Origin: Lachnospiraceae bacterium
Lineage (GTDB): Bacteria; Bacillota; Clostridia; Lachnospirales; Lachnospiraceae
DNA: 64,000 nt
Direction of reading: 5' to 3'
Assembly (NCBI GenBank): GCA_017395635.1
Contig: JAFQOE010000058.1
Location: 92,202 to 156,201 of the forward strand
Shown: positions 25,593 to 35,802 of the stretch, piece after piece
How positions within the stretch are numbered: the stretch's first letter is position 1
Layout: every line of letters starts with the position of its first letter
The notes under the pieces: model-generated
The model's database searches: none
What the model saw: the letters and a program-made list of their open reading frames with translations, nothing else
Told to the model about the DNA's origin: nothing
Made by a program: the position numbers and the translations under genes

Positions 25593-28500
25593 ATGAAGAG
25601 ACAAATGATTTTAATGTTGTTGGGATTAATATGTATTATGAATTGTAGTATGGTAGTAATTGCATCTTCTTCGGATGTTTTAACACAGGTCACGCAAAGT
25701 GAATTGTCACGGTCTACAGATTTTGTTGTAGATGGAATTACATTGGAAAACTATACTGGTTCAGATGCAATTGTGCAAATTCCACAGGGGATTACCGTTA
25801 TTGGTGAAAGTGCATTTAAGAATAATGAGTTCGTAGAACAAGTGATTTTGCCAGAAAAACTTGATAGAATTGAAAGTAGTGCTTTTGAAGGATGTTGTAA
25901 TTTAAAAGAAATAAATCTGGAAAATGTGGATTCAATGGGTGATGCTGTGTTTAGAGATTGTGTAACATTGAAAGAGGTAAATATTACCGGAATATCATCA
26001 ATGGGACGTTATATGTTTGAAAATTGTAAGGCTCTAACAACAGTTGATTTGGCCGATGAATATCCTTGTATTCAAGAGAGTATGTTTCGTAATTGTACTA
26101 GTTTAAAGGAAATTTCCTTTTCGAAGGGATTAAAGAAAATCGCAAGATATGCATTTTACGGTTGTTCTTCTTTGGAATCGATTTATTGGAATGACAATGT
26201 GACATTAATTCAATATGAAGCATTTAAGGATTGCACGTCGTTAAAGGAGGTTGTATTGCCTGAGTCCCTTGCAGAAGTAGAAAGTAATATTTTTGAAGGA
26301 TGTACTGGTATAGAGACTGTAACTGTATCGAGCGATTTTGCCGCATATGGAACTGGATTTGGAAAATATTATTTGTTCAAAGGTTGCTCTTCCTTGACAG
26401 AAGTAATCTTGAAGGAACAAGTCACTGCCATTCCGATTGGAATGTTTATGGATTGTACTAGTTTGTCAGAATTTGTAATTCCTTCCCATGTTACAGATGT
26501 TGGAAGAGAAGCGTTTCATAATACAGCATTACAAAGTATTACTGTTAAAAATGATGATATATATATTGCAGAGGAAGCGTTTTGGAAAAAAACAGAAATT
26601 AATCATGAGTTTCTTATTAGAGCTAATGAAGGGTCAAATGCACAAGCATTTGCATATATGCAAATGATACAGTTTGAAACAATAGATGGTAGCAAACAAT
26701 GGGATTATAATGATTCTGAAAAGGGAAGTTATGAGGCAACATCTTCTGCACATGAAACAGCCCTTGCGTTGTTAGATGAAATCTATATTGAAAAACATCC
26801 TGCTATGGCATTGGAATATGAATATGGTACACCGGAGGATAGAGGGTTTTTTGTTGAATTGTCAAAATCTATTATTGATGAAAATCCGGAAAAATCGGAA
26901 TTACAAGCAATCTACGATTGGGTAAATGATAATATTGGAAGGGCTGGTTATCGTACATATTTTTATCCGATGGATGTATATAGAACAAAATGTGCAGATT
27001 GTAATGGAAATGCAGAGCTTTTGTGTGAATTGTATCGTTGTGCAGGGATTCCGGCAGTTATAGCGGTGGGATTTGCAGGCGATATGAATAATGTGATAAC
27101 TACAAATGATTTAATATTAGGACTCGATGAAGGGCATGCGTGGGTGTATGTATACTGGAATAATCAGTGGTGTGTTGCAGATACAGGATTAAATAATTTA
27201 TACACAGATAAAGAAGATATATGTTCACAGTATTATGTTATATGCCTTGATAGAAATTTTCTTTATCATCCTTATATGTCGATGGGAAGATGGGATGGTG
27301 CTGGTGCATGTTATAGAAATGGAGAGATTATACAATATTCAGATGGTGATTTGAATTGTCCTATTGGAAGCCAAATTGTGACCGCAGAAGACTGGGGTTC
27401 TTTTTGGTATAGAGAGGATTTGAAGTCTCTGGACACCAATGAAATAATATCAAATAGATATGGTAATGAAGGGTGGGGTACAGGAGGATTATATAGCTTT
27501 CGATATTTGAAGGGAAATTCATGGGTGCGTAATGCTGCTGTTTTAGAGATAGAAGGGAAAAGGTATTATTTTGAACGACAGCATGGGGTACCGTTTGAAA
27601 TACTGGATGATGAAGAATGGGGATTGTTTGGTGGTTTGCCGCATATCAAGGTAGGGCAGACAATAAAGTTAGAGCCGGTTATATTGTCGAGTGATGGAGA
27701 ATATAGTATTAAATTCGTTTGCGATGAAACGGATACAGATAATACTAATGCATTTACAATTAATGAGGATAACAGTTTGACTTGTAACGAGGCAGGAGTA
27801 TATACCATTGACGTGGTACTTAAGGAGACGAATGGTAATGAATATCCTTTGAGTTCTCTTGCGTTGTATGGATATGAACCAATGGAAGAATTACGGGTAA
27901 GTAATGATGCGTTGACAGTGGATGTTAATTCGGAAATAATTCTGGATGTAGTAGCAACGCCTGCTAATTATTACGATATGCCATACATATTGAAATCATC
28001 AGATGAATCTATAGCACAGGTATATTACACAGAGCGTGGCATTACTGTAGTAGGAAGAGCGGATGGAAAAACAACAACTATTACGATAACTGCAACAGAC
28101 GGAAGTGGAACTAGTACAACCTGTGAAGTTACTGTTGGTAATCAGGAATGTAATCATGTAGAAGTGATTGATGAAGCGGTTCTGGTGACCTGTACAGAGA
28201 ATGGATTGACAGAAGGAATACATTGCTCAGTATGTAACGAAGTTCTTCAAGAACAAGAGGTTATATTATCACAGGGACATCAATTTTCTGAAGAATGGAT
28301 GGTGGATAAGGAAGCAAGTTGCACGATTGAAGGAAGCAAGTCACATCATTGTACAAGAGAAAACTGTATGGAGAAGATAGAAATAACAGTGATACCGATT
28401 GTAGAGCATGCATGGAATGACGGAGAAGTAACAACAAAGGCAACATGTACAGAAAAAGGAGAAACAACGTATACATGTACTAACTGTCCTGCAACTAAGA

Positions 28501-29213
28501 CCGAGGAAATAGCGGCGTTAGAACATGAATTCTCCGAAGAATGGACAGTGGACAAAGAAGCAAGCTGTACGATAGAAGGAAGCAAGTCACATCATTGTAC
28601 AAGAGAAAACTGTATGGAAAAGACAGATGTTACAGAGATTTCAGCAACTGGTCAGCATACTTACGATAGTGGTGTAGTTACGAAGGGAGCAACATGTACT
28701 GAGAAAGGTCAGAAAGTATACACATGTACCTCATGTGGAATTATGGTAAATGAGACAATACCGGCAACGGGCTTTGTAAAGGGTGGAATGTTTAATGAGG
28801 GTAACAACACTTATACAATTAAGGCTGTGAAAGGTAAAAAAGGAACTGTCGTATACGAGGGTTCGGTTAAAAACAACCAAAAAACAGTAAAGATTCCAAA
28901 AACAGTAAAGATTAAAGGAAAGACTTATACTATTACAGAGGTTGGTGATAAAGCATTCAAAGGAAAGACTAAGCTTAAGAGTGTAAGCATTCCTGAAGGT
29001 GTTACCAAGATTGGCGAGGAAGCATTTAGTGGATGTAAAAATCTAAAAACGATTACCATTAAGTCTACAAAATTGAAATCTGTTGGAAAGAATGCAATCA
29101 AGAACATTGACAAGAACGCAACCATTAAGGTTCCAAAGAAACAGTACAGCAAGTATAAAAAATTGTTTAAGAGTAGTACAGGGTATAAGAAGACCATGAA
29201 GATTAAAAAATAA
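25593..29213 (+). CDS. Secreted multidomain surface protein: BspA-type LRRs, transglutaminase-like cysteine protease core, Big_2 domain, Cys-rich repeats and C-terminal LRRs
   Basis: Signal peptide MKRQMILMLLGLICIMNCSMVVIASS. Repeated ...AF.gC.sL..i.lp... units. CNGNAELLCELYRCAGIPAVIAVGF...GHAWVYVYW...VADTG (Cys-His-Asp). ITITATDGSGTSTTCEVTV. Six Cys-rich H..W...CT..G...H.C..C-like units (two shorter), four of them forming two ~80-aa super-repeats. Confidence 0.8.
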   Translation: MKRQMILMLLGLICIMNCSMVVIASSSDVLTQVTQSELSRSTDFVVDGITLENYTGSDAIVQIPQGITVIGESAFKNNEFVEQVILPEKLDRIESSAFEGCCNLKEINLENVDSMGDAVFRDCVTLKEVNITGISSMGRYMFENCKALTTVDLADEYPCIQESMFRNCTSLKEISFSKGLKKIARYAFYGCSSLESIYWNDNVTLIQYEAFKDCTSLKEVVLPESLAEVESNIFEGCTGIETVTVSSDFAAYGTGFGKYYLFKGCSSLTEVILKEQVTAIPIGMFMDCTSLSEFVIPSHVTDVGREAFHNTALQSITVKNDDIYIAEEAFWKKTEINHEFLIRANEGSNAQAFAYMQMIQFETIDGSKQWDYNDSEKGSYEATSSAHETALALLDEIYIEKHPAMALEYEYGTPEDRGFFVELSKSIIDENPEKSELQAIYDWVNDNIGRAGYRTYFYPMDVYRTKCADCNGNAELLCELYRCAGIPAVIAVGFAGDMNNVITTNDLILGLDEGHAWVYVYWNNQWCVADTGLNNLYTDKEDICSQYYVICLDRNFLYHPYMSMGRWDGAGACYRNGEIIQYSDGDLNCPIGSQIVTAEDWGSFWYREDLKSLDTNEIISNRYGNEGWGTGGLYSFRYLKGNSWVRNAAVLEIEGKRYYFERQHGVPFEILDDEEWGLFGGLPHIKVGQTIKLEPVILSSDGEYSIKFVCDETDTDNTNAFTINEDNSLTCNEAGVYTIDVVLKETNGNEYPLSSLALYGYEPMEELRVSNDALTVDVNSEIILDVVATPANYYDMPYILKSSDESIAQVYYTERGITVVGRADGKTTTITITATDGSGTSTTCEVTVGNQECNHVEVIDEAVLVTCTENGLTEGIHCSVCNEVLQEQEVILSQGHQFSEEWMVDKEASCTIEGSKSHHCTRENCMEKIEITVIPIVEHAWNDGEVTTKATCTEKGETTYTCTNCPATKTEEIAALEHEFSEEWTVDKEASCTIEGSKSHHCTRENCMEKTDVTEISATGQHTYDSGVVTKGATCTEKGQKVYTCTSCGIMVNETIPATGFVKGGMFNEGNNTYTIKAVKGKKGTVVYEGSVKNNQKTVKIPKTVKIKGKTYTITEVGDKAFKGKTKLKSVSIPEGVTKIGEEAFSGCKNLKTITIKSTKLKSVGKNAIKNIDKNATIKVPKKQYSKYKKLFKSSTGYKKTMKIKK

Positions 29214-29225
29214 TGACCAAATAGT

Positions 29226-29260
29226 AGGGCTGGGAGTTGTGATTATTCAATCCCAGCCCT
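29226..29260. terminator. 10-bp GC-rich hairpin between convergent genes
   Basis: AGGGCTGGGA / TCCCAGCCCT. No clear T-run. Confidence 0.45.
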
Positions 29261-29327
29261 AACATTATATTCTTAGAAATTTTGTAGATAAGAAAATTTT
29301 GTTTAAAATGTTGCGACAGAAGTCACC

Positions 29328-30332
29328 TTACAGCTTAGCTTTCGCCTGGAATTCTTCAATGCTGTTAGATTTGGCTGCCAGCTTGAATAATGCGTTTAGA
29401 TTATCAAGATTTGTTTCAGATTGTATCTGGTTTTTGAGATTAATAGGTACAGTGCCAATATCATTTAATAAGTCAAGAATACATTCAATTTTACCTTCGG
29501 CTTTGCTGACTCTTCTCGTTTCCTGGACATCATAAGCTTCAAAACTGTCAAATAACATATCGAAATCCCTCCCTTTAATCTGGTCAGTAAAAGCTTCTAC
29601 TTCCTTTCTTGGCACATTTAACCGATAAAGGAAAACGGCGACAATTTTACTAATCAGCGTTAATAAATATTCTGGTGTCTTTTGTTCTAAATTCTCAAAG
29701 TAATCTTGAGGTATGTCTTTAAGATTCTTAAATTCTTCAGAATTTTGCAGTTTGTTGATTAGAAGAATCAAAGATAGCTCGTCTTTCTTTTCAATCAAGT
29801 CCTGTTGGGAATAATCTCTCAAAGGGACTAACACATATTCGAAACTTGGTATGTATTTCCCAAGAATATCCTGCAAATATACGCGGTTATTGAAATTGCG
29901 GACAGCAGTCCACTCGCCTTTGCCCTCATAGTATACGACAGGAAGAATAGGCGGATACTTAAAATCTCTGGTTTTTGTAATGCCTGGGTGGAGTTGTTCC
30001 TGTTCTGCCTCGTAGTCTGTCCACACCATCACGATATAACGCAATATCTTAAATGCCATATCATAGTACACATCAGACTGGTGTTCCACAATGGCGATTA
30101 AGAATAGTGAAACATCCTTAAGGTGTACTTTTTTCACAGAATCGGAATCTCTGCCTTCCTGCCACATCGGAAGGAAACGCTCTGAAATGTCTTCGATATC
30201 TTCCGGCTGCACATCTTTTAACAATTCAATATTCGTGTAACCACGAAGAAACTGCGCGCACAAAATAGGATCGCCAAATATAAGCTTGGCCCCATTGTCG
30301 TGTGTCTTACTGTTTTTAATTGTATGGTTCAT
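29328..30332 (-). CDS. Rpn-family (YhgA-like, PD-(D/E)XK) recombination-promoting nuclease / putative transposase
   Basis: HDNGAKLIFGDPILCAQFLRGY..., LIAIVEHQSDVYYDMAFKILRYIV (EHQS...M.fR.l.Y core). Confidence 0.75.
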   Translation of the reverse strand: MNHTIKNSKTHDNGAKLIFGDPILCAQFLRGYTNIELLKDVQPEDIEDISERFLPMWQEGRDSDSVKKVHLKDVSLFLIAIVEHQSDVYYDMAFKILRYIVMVWTDYEAEQEQLHPGITKTRDFKYPPILPVVYYEGKGEWTAVRNFNNRVYLQDILGKYIPSFEYVLVPLRDYSQQDLIEKKDELSLILLINKLQNSEEFKNLKDIPQDYFENLEQKTPEYLLTLISKIVAVFLYRLNVPRKEVEAFTDQIKGRDFDMLFDSFEAYDVQETRRVSKAEGKIECILDLLNDIGTVPINLKNQIQSETNLDNLNALFKLAAKSNSIEEFQAKAKL

Positions 30333-30604
30333 ATTTACTTCTCCTTTGCAAATTCATAGATTGTAATCCATTAATAAGTAAATATGAAATTAGAAAAATA
30401 TAAGGAACAAAATATACCGAAACACTTCCGTAGAAATGTATTGATAAAATTATATGGTATGAGAAGTAGATTTGCAATGTGAAAATGTCTATTTTTAGAA
30501 GAAAAAATAGTACAGTTTCAATACTGATTATATTTGTATTTTATCCGAAAATTCGTTATACTAGTTGCGACATAGAGAAATATAATAATGTGAGGGAGAG
30601 TATT

Positions 30605-32254
30605 ATGTTTAAGAACAAAAGAAGAATTAAAGACATGGTAATTGCCATTGTTCTGACAGTTATTATGTGTCCGATGACAGCGGTGGCAGCGGGAGAGGCA
30701 GACAAGTATGTACCTAAGATGTTTTCTACATTTTGGGCGTTGGTTCCACCGCTTGTAGCGATTACCTTGGCGTTAATTACGAAAGAGGTTTATAGCTCTT
30801 TGTTTGTGGGAATTTTAGTAGGCGGATTGTTCTATTCAGGATTTCAGTTTGAAGGCACAGTGCTACATATCTATAATGATGGATTTATTGGCGTTTTGAC
30901 AGATAGCTATAACATGGGAATTCTTATTTTCCTTGTATTATTGGGTGCTATGGTTGCATTGATGAATAAGGCAGGCGGTTCTGCAGCATTTGGTGCATGG
31001 GCAGGCGAACATATTAAGACAAAAGTAGGTGCCCAGTTAGCAGCAATTGCACTTGGTATGTTGATATTTATTGATGATTATTTTAACTGTTTGACAGTGG
31101 GTAGTGTAATGAAGCCGGTTACGGATAAACACAAGGTTTCAAGAGCGAAATTTGCCTATTTGATTGATGCAACAGCTGCACCGGTTTGTATTATTGCTCC
31201 GATTTCCTCTTGGGCAGCAGCGGTGAGCGGTTTTGTGGAGGGAGAAGATGGATTTTCATTGTTCCTTCGTGCTATTCCGTTTAATTACTATGCGCTGTTA
31301 ACACTTTTTATGATGATTGCCATGGTTTTGTTAAAAATTGAATTTGGTCCAATGGCAAAGCATGAAAGAAATGCAATAAAAGGAGACCTGTTTACTACAG
31401 CAGCAAGACCTTATGCCAATGTAACAGAAGAAACAGGTAGCGCAAAGGGTAAGGTAGTAGATCTTGTAATTCCGATTGCTGGTTTGATTATCTGCTGTGT
31501 AATCGGAATGCTTTATACAGGCGGGTTCTTTAGTGGAAAAAATTTTGTAACAGCATTTTCAAATAGCGATGCATCCGTCGGACTTGCACTTGGAAGCTTC
31601 TTTGGTGTGATTATAACGATTGCATTGTATGTAATTAGAAGGGTAATTTCATTTAAGGATTGTATGGCTTGTCTGGCAGAAGGTTTCAAGGCCATGGTTC
31701 CTGCAATCTTGATTTTAACATTTGCGTGGACTTTAAAGAGTATGACAGATAGTCTTGGCGCAGCTGAGTATGTTGCAGGTGTTATGGGTAATGCGGCATC
31801 AGGATTTGTGATTTTCTTACCTGCAATTATCTTTGTGGTTGGATGTCTTTTGGCATTTGCCACGGGAACCTCATGGGGAACATTTGGTATCTTGATTCCG
31901 ATTGTAGTTGCAGTGTTCCAGGAGACAAATCCGGAGCTTATGATTATTTCTATCTCTGCATGTATGGCAGGTGCGGTGTGCGGTGACCACTGTTCGCCGA
32001 TTTCAGATACAACTATTATGGCTTCTGCAGGAGCACAATGTGACCATGTAAGCCATGTATCCACACAGCTTCCGTATGCAATTATGGTGGCAGCAATTTC
32101 ATTTATTGCATACATAATTGCTGGTGTAGTACAGAAATTTGTGGGTGGATATGTTCAAACAGCAATTATTTCGCTTGTGATTGCATTGATTATGTGTGCA
32201 ATCATTTTGGTGGCTTTGAAGTCAGGAATGAGAAGTGACGAAGAAGTAGAGTAA
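30605..32254 (+). CDS. nhaC: NhaC-family Na+/H+ antiporter
   Basis: ATG 30605 after GAGGGAGAG. Polytopic protein. FIDDYFNCLTVG and GDHCSPISDTTI motifs are typical of the family. Confidence 0.75.
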   Translation: MFKNKRRIKDMVIAIVLTVIMCPMTAVAAGEADKYVPKMFSTFWALVPPLVAITLALITKEVYSSLFVGILVGGLFYSGFQFEGTVLHIYNDGFIGVLTDSYNMGILIFLVLLGAMVALMNKAGGSAAFGAWAGEHIKTKVGAQLAAIALGMLIFIDDYFNCLTVGSVMKPVTDKHKVSRAKFAYLIDATAAPVCIIAPISSWAAAVSGFVEGEDGFSLFLRAIPFNYYALLTLFMMIAMVLLKIEFGPMAKHERNAIKGDLFTTAARPYANVTEETGSAKGKVVDLVIPIAGLIICCVIGMLYTGGFFSGKNFVTAFSNSDASVGLALGSFFGVIITIALYVIRRVISFKDCMACLAEGFKAMVPAILILTFAWTLKSMTDSLGAAEYVAGVMGNAASGFVIFLPAIIFVVGCLLAFATGTSWGTFGILIPIVVAVFQETNPELMIISISACMAGAVCGDHCSPISDTTIMASAGAQCDHVSHVSTQLPYAIMVAAISFIAYIIAGVVQKFVGGYVQTAIISLVIALIMCAIILVALKSGMRSDEEVE

Positions 32255-32353
32255 GAAACATATCCGTTGCATTTTTACAGTAAACTGTTTATAATAGTCG
32301 TTGTTTGGCAATAATATAGCCGAACCCTACAGAAAGATTAGGAGGATTGAATT

Positions 32354-32566
32354 ATGGCAAAGACAGTGAATAAAGATATGTTAATCGGCGAAATTATCGC
32401 TTTAGACCCAGGTAACGCAGCAATTCTTATGGCGAACGGTATGCATTGTCCGGGTTGTCCATCCGCTCAGGGTGAGACATTAGAGGAGGCTGCACAGGTA
32501 CATGCAATGGATGTGAATGTATTGATTGATTCCATTAATGAGTACTTGGCAAAGAAAGAAGCGTAA
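32354..32566 (+). CDS. DUF1858 / hybrid-cluster-protein-associated redox disulfide protein (70 aa)
   Basis: GMHCPGCPSAQGETLEEAAQVHAMDV. RBS AGGAGGA. Confidence 0.7.
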   Translation: MAKTVNKDMLIGEIIALDPGNAAILMANGMHCPGCPSAQGETLEEAAQVHAMDVNVLIDSINEYLAKKEA

Positions 32567-32600
32567 TTGCTATAATTGATTTTGTTTAATAAGAAAAAAA

Positions 32601-32638
32601 GAATCCGATATGCTAGATGGTTCTAGTATATCGGATTT
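32601..32638. terminator. Bidirectional intrinsic terminator
   Basis: GAATCCGATAT / ATATCGGATTT stem with an A-run upstream and a T-run downstream. Confidence 0.75.
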
Positions 32639-32665
32639 TCTTTTGATTTCGGGTCATAAACTCTT

Positions 32666-33508
32666 TTAGATGCTGGACAAAGTCTGTAGTGCATCATTTT
32701 TAATAATTAATTTAAAGTGTTCTGCAAAGTAATAAGGCATTGCGTAATTAGCCTTCACCTTGGTTCCATACTCGCTAAGCAAATTACACACGCGTTGATA
32801 ATTCTCCGAGTCTTGTGAATGATTGTTGACAATTAGGTAATACAAATTGTCATTCGGACTCTTATACAGAGAATTGTTATCGGTGTAAATAGGAGCAACC
32901 ATAGCTGCAGCCTTACTAATGTCGTTAATGTTCTGGAATGAAAAAATGCGGTAAGTAACGGTAGGTTCCGCTTTCTTTTTGGAATCCTTATTCTTCTCTG
33001 CCTTCTTCTTGGCAGCGTTCTCGCGAAGAGCTGCTGAAAGAGGGATAAAGTTGGCATTCGCGCCGGACTCACTTTGTTTCTTCACCTGTTCGATATTTTC
33101 CACAATATCAGAAATGGTACTTAACAAGGAAGATGCGTCGTTGAATAATGATAAACTATCTTCGTCAGAATCTTCTGTGTCTTCTAAGTCCTCCGTGTCA
33201 CCATCTATTTCTATATTCGCATATTTGGAAAGTCGTGAAAAACGAGTATCTAATTCTTCGGGATCCTCCACCTTAGTAATTATAAGGATGAGACAATCCG
33301 GATTCACTGGAATCGCTTCAATCATAAGCGGAATATCGTTAACTTCAAAACCTAGTTCGTCGGCAGCTTGCTCCATCATATCGCGAAATAGCTCTTTTGC
33401 CTTATCGGTTCCATAAGCTAATTCGTTGAGTAATAAATCCCTGTCTGCCAAATCGGCCTTATTCAGTGTACAGCGAATCTGATTCTCGCTTAGTCTTTCT
33501 AACTTCAT
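32666..33508 (-). CDS. mecA: Adaptor protein MecA
   Basis: MKLERLSENQIRCTLNKADLADRDL...FEVNDIPLMIEAIP. ATG 33508 after GGAGATGA. Confidence 0.85.
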   Translation of the reverse strand: MKLERLSENQIRCTLNKADLADRDLLLNELAYGTDKAKELFRDMMEQAADELGFEVNDIPLMIEAIPVNPDCLILIITKVEDPEELDTRFSRLSKYANIEIDGDTEDLEDTEDSDEDSLSLFNDASSLLSTISDIVENIEQVKKQSESGANANFIPLSAALRENAAKKKAEKNKDSKKKAEPTVTYRIFSFQNINDISKAAAMVAPIYTDNNSLYKSPNDNLYYLIVNNHSQDSENYQRVCNLLSEYGTKVKANYAMPYYFAEHFKLIIKNDALQTLSSI

Positions 33509-34398
33509 AGAATCATCTCCTTCTATAAATATCAAGAATCGTTATCGAGACTTGATGTTACTTGAGTTAATATTATGTATATCAGAATTATTGAAATGTG
33601 ACATACACAATAGCACATTTTGTGTTGAAATGCAATGAAAATAACGGTTGTTATTAGTATATCGTTTTCTAACTAAAAAATGATTAGATATAAATGGGTA
33701 TTCGAGAATGTTCTTGAATTACCTTTTTATAGTGTAGCATAAAATGATAATATGTGGAAGAACTTCGTAAAAAATACATGTCGATAAAGATGTCATAAGG
33801 TTTTGGTAATATAAATATATAATGAAACAATCCAGAAATTCAAAATTGTGAACATTTGTTATAGAAGTTTGAATGAAAATTCAAAAATCAGCATAAAAAG
33901 ATAAGAGAAGTTTCATAGTATGTTAATTGCATTTCATATGCATATTTCGTATAGTATGGATAGAGTTTTACAGTAGAGTTGCTTAAGCACAAATCCGGAT
34001 GACTCCACTGGCTCAGGTCTATATTCTAGTATTTTGTCATTTGGCGGAATACGAAGAATTTCTTTTCTATATGGTAGTTGTTTAGAGCCAAGCATTTTTG
34101 AATGAGGTTCTGAATAATTACGCTAATGTAATCAATATTATTTCCCCAAGGTTATACACCATCTATGCACACAGGGGCGAAGCGGAAGGAGGAGTTGGAA
34201 AGGGAAAAACAAATTTGAAATGAAAATGAAAGAAAGCTTATTATAAAAATTATTATATGCACAGTAACATAATTTTGTAACTGTTCGGGAGTGTGTTTGA
34301 AAATATTTTGTTCTGAACAGTTATTTGTAAGTAGCTTGTTCCTTTAACGGTAGAATGAAATTTAGAGCAATACTATGACAGGGACAATATATACCGTG

Positions 34399-34440
34399 CC
34401 GTCTAATGTTCAGCAAGAGCAGATCATTAGACGGTTTTTT
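34399..34440 (+). terminator. Orphan plus-strand intrinsic terminator in a gene-free gap
   Basis: CCGTCTAATG / CATTAGACGG followed by TTTTTT. No annotated plus-strand gene upstream. Confidence 0.65.
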
Positions 34441-34754
34441 CTATATTATTGACTGAAAAAGTTGTATATATTGTATATTTTTGTTTGTAATATGAAAAGA
34501 ATGGTAGTATAATTATACAATAACTATTTTGATTAATGTAATTATTCAGAACCTTGTTGAAACTGCCTGGTGCTGGAGAGTTTGGAGAACAAGCAGGAAA
34601 TATCAATGAGACTATGCAAAGCATTAACTCCGGTATTGAGAATGTATAAGAAGTTGTACCGTTTGTAGCAAAGAAATGACAGTTCTTTGTTATAGATTGG
34701 AGTAACCTATTTGAAAGGTGCTTTGTCAAGAGTGGGGGTAAAACCCATTAATAG

Positions 34755-34785
34755 CAGGTGTGGAGAAAAATCCACACCTGTTTTT
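34755..34785 (+). terminator. Second orphan plus-strand intrinsic terminator
   Basis: CAGGTGTGGA-GAAAAA-TCCACACCTG followed by TTTTT. The T-run is present only on the plus strand. Confidence 0.65.
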
Positions 34786-34820
34786 AACTTTATAGAGGAA
34801 ATTCCTGTGTGAGGAACATT

Positions 34821-35504
34821 CTAATTAGCTGTATTATCATATTCACATATACCAAGGCTTATTGCATAGGCTAGTTTTTTTTGGTAATTAGGGTCTGTAA
34901 GCCTAGCGGTTTCTTCGGAATTTGATAGAAATCCGCATTCTACAATGACAGCAGGCATAGAAGAATTTTTAAGGATATAATAACTGTCTGATGATTTTGC
35001 TGTTCGGGTGTTGGTGTTGTCAATGTTTAATAAGGAGGATTGAATGGTTTCTGCCAACTGTTTGCTAGGCGTGCTAGAGGAATAATAGAAAGTCTGCGCC
35101 CCATGTTGGAGAGAGTCTGAGTAACTGTTTTGGTGAATGCTGACCACCAGGGAGGCATTTTTGTCCTGAAAGAATTGGATGCGATTGCGTAGGTCGGAGG
35201 TTTTCTTGTTGGATGCATTTTCATCGTGAAGTCCACAATCTGTATTACGGGTCAGATAAACGGTATAGTCTTGAGCAATCAGGTAATCTTTGAGATAGCT
35301 GGCAATTTGCAAGTTTACATCTTTTTCCTTTGTTCCATCGGTGCTTACTTTTCCGGGGTCGCTTCCTCCGTGTCCAACATCAATGACAATTACTTCTTTC
35401 TCTTTTTTGTTGGAGAATACCGGAAAACCATATTGTTGAACATAAGAAGAACATGCAATAAAACATAATATAGTAAATAGGATAGGGAGAAAACATTTTT
35501 TCAT
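34821..35504 (-). CDS. N-acetylmuramoyl-L-alanine amidase (Amidase_3, CwlD-like) lipoprotein
   Basis: Lipobox LCFIAC. VIVIDVGHGGSDPG, SIHQNS, VIVECGFLSN. Confidence 0.85.
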   Translation of the reverse strand: MKKCFLPILFTILCFIACSSYVQQYGFPVFSNKKEKEVIVIDVGHGGSDPGKVSTDGTKEKDVNLQIASYLKDYLIAQDYTVYLTRNTDCGLHDENASNKKTSDLRNRIQFFQDKNASLVVSIHQNSYSDSLQHGAQTFYYSSSTPSKQLAETIQSSLLNIDNTNTRTAKSSDSYYILKNSSMPAVIVECGFLSNSEETARLTDPNYQKKLAYAISLGICEYDNTAN

Positions 35505-35802
35505 AACAGATTCTCTTTACAGAATTTGTATTAATCTATGTGGAAAAGGAAAAACTTATGTATAATATTGTATTACTTTAAGGACTTGGTCAAAAATAGT
35601 TTTCATTTATATTCTGTTGGCAAATATGTCATGGGTTTATTGATATACTTGGAAATGAAATCTTGCAGGCAAATAAAAAGTAGGCTATACTAGGGTGAAA
35701 GTAATACATAAAGAAATTTGGTAACTGTTCGGGGCCAAGAATTTTTGAATGAGGATTGGAAGGAATAGTTACGGCAATTTGTATAAGGAAAGGAAGAGAA
35801 AC

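Noticed and set aside
34427-34729. 100-aa minus-strand ORF in the mecA-amidase gap
   Set aside because: It has no RBS and an AT-rich, low-complexity translation. It spans a plus-strand terminator and repeat fragments.
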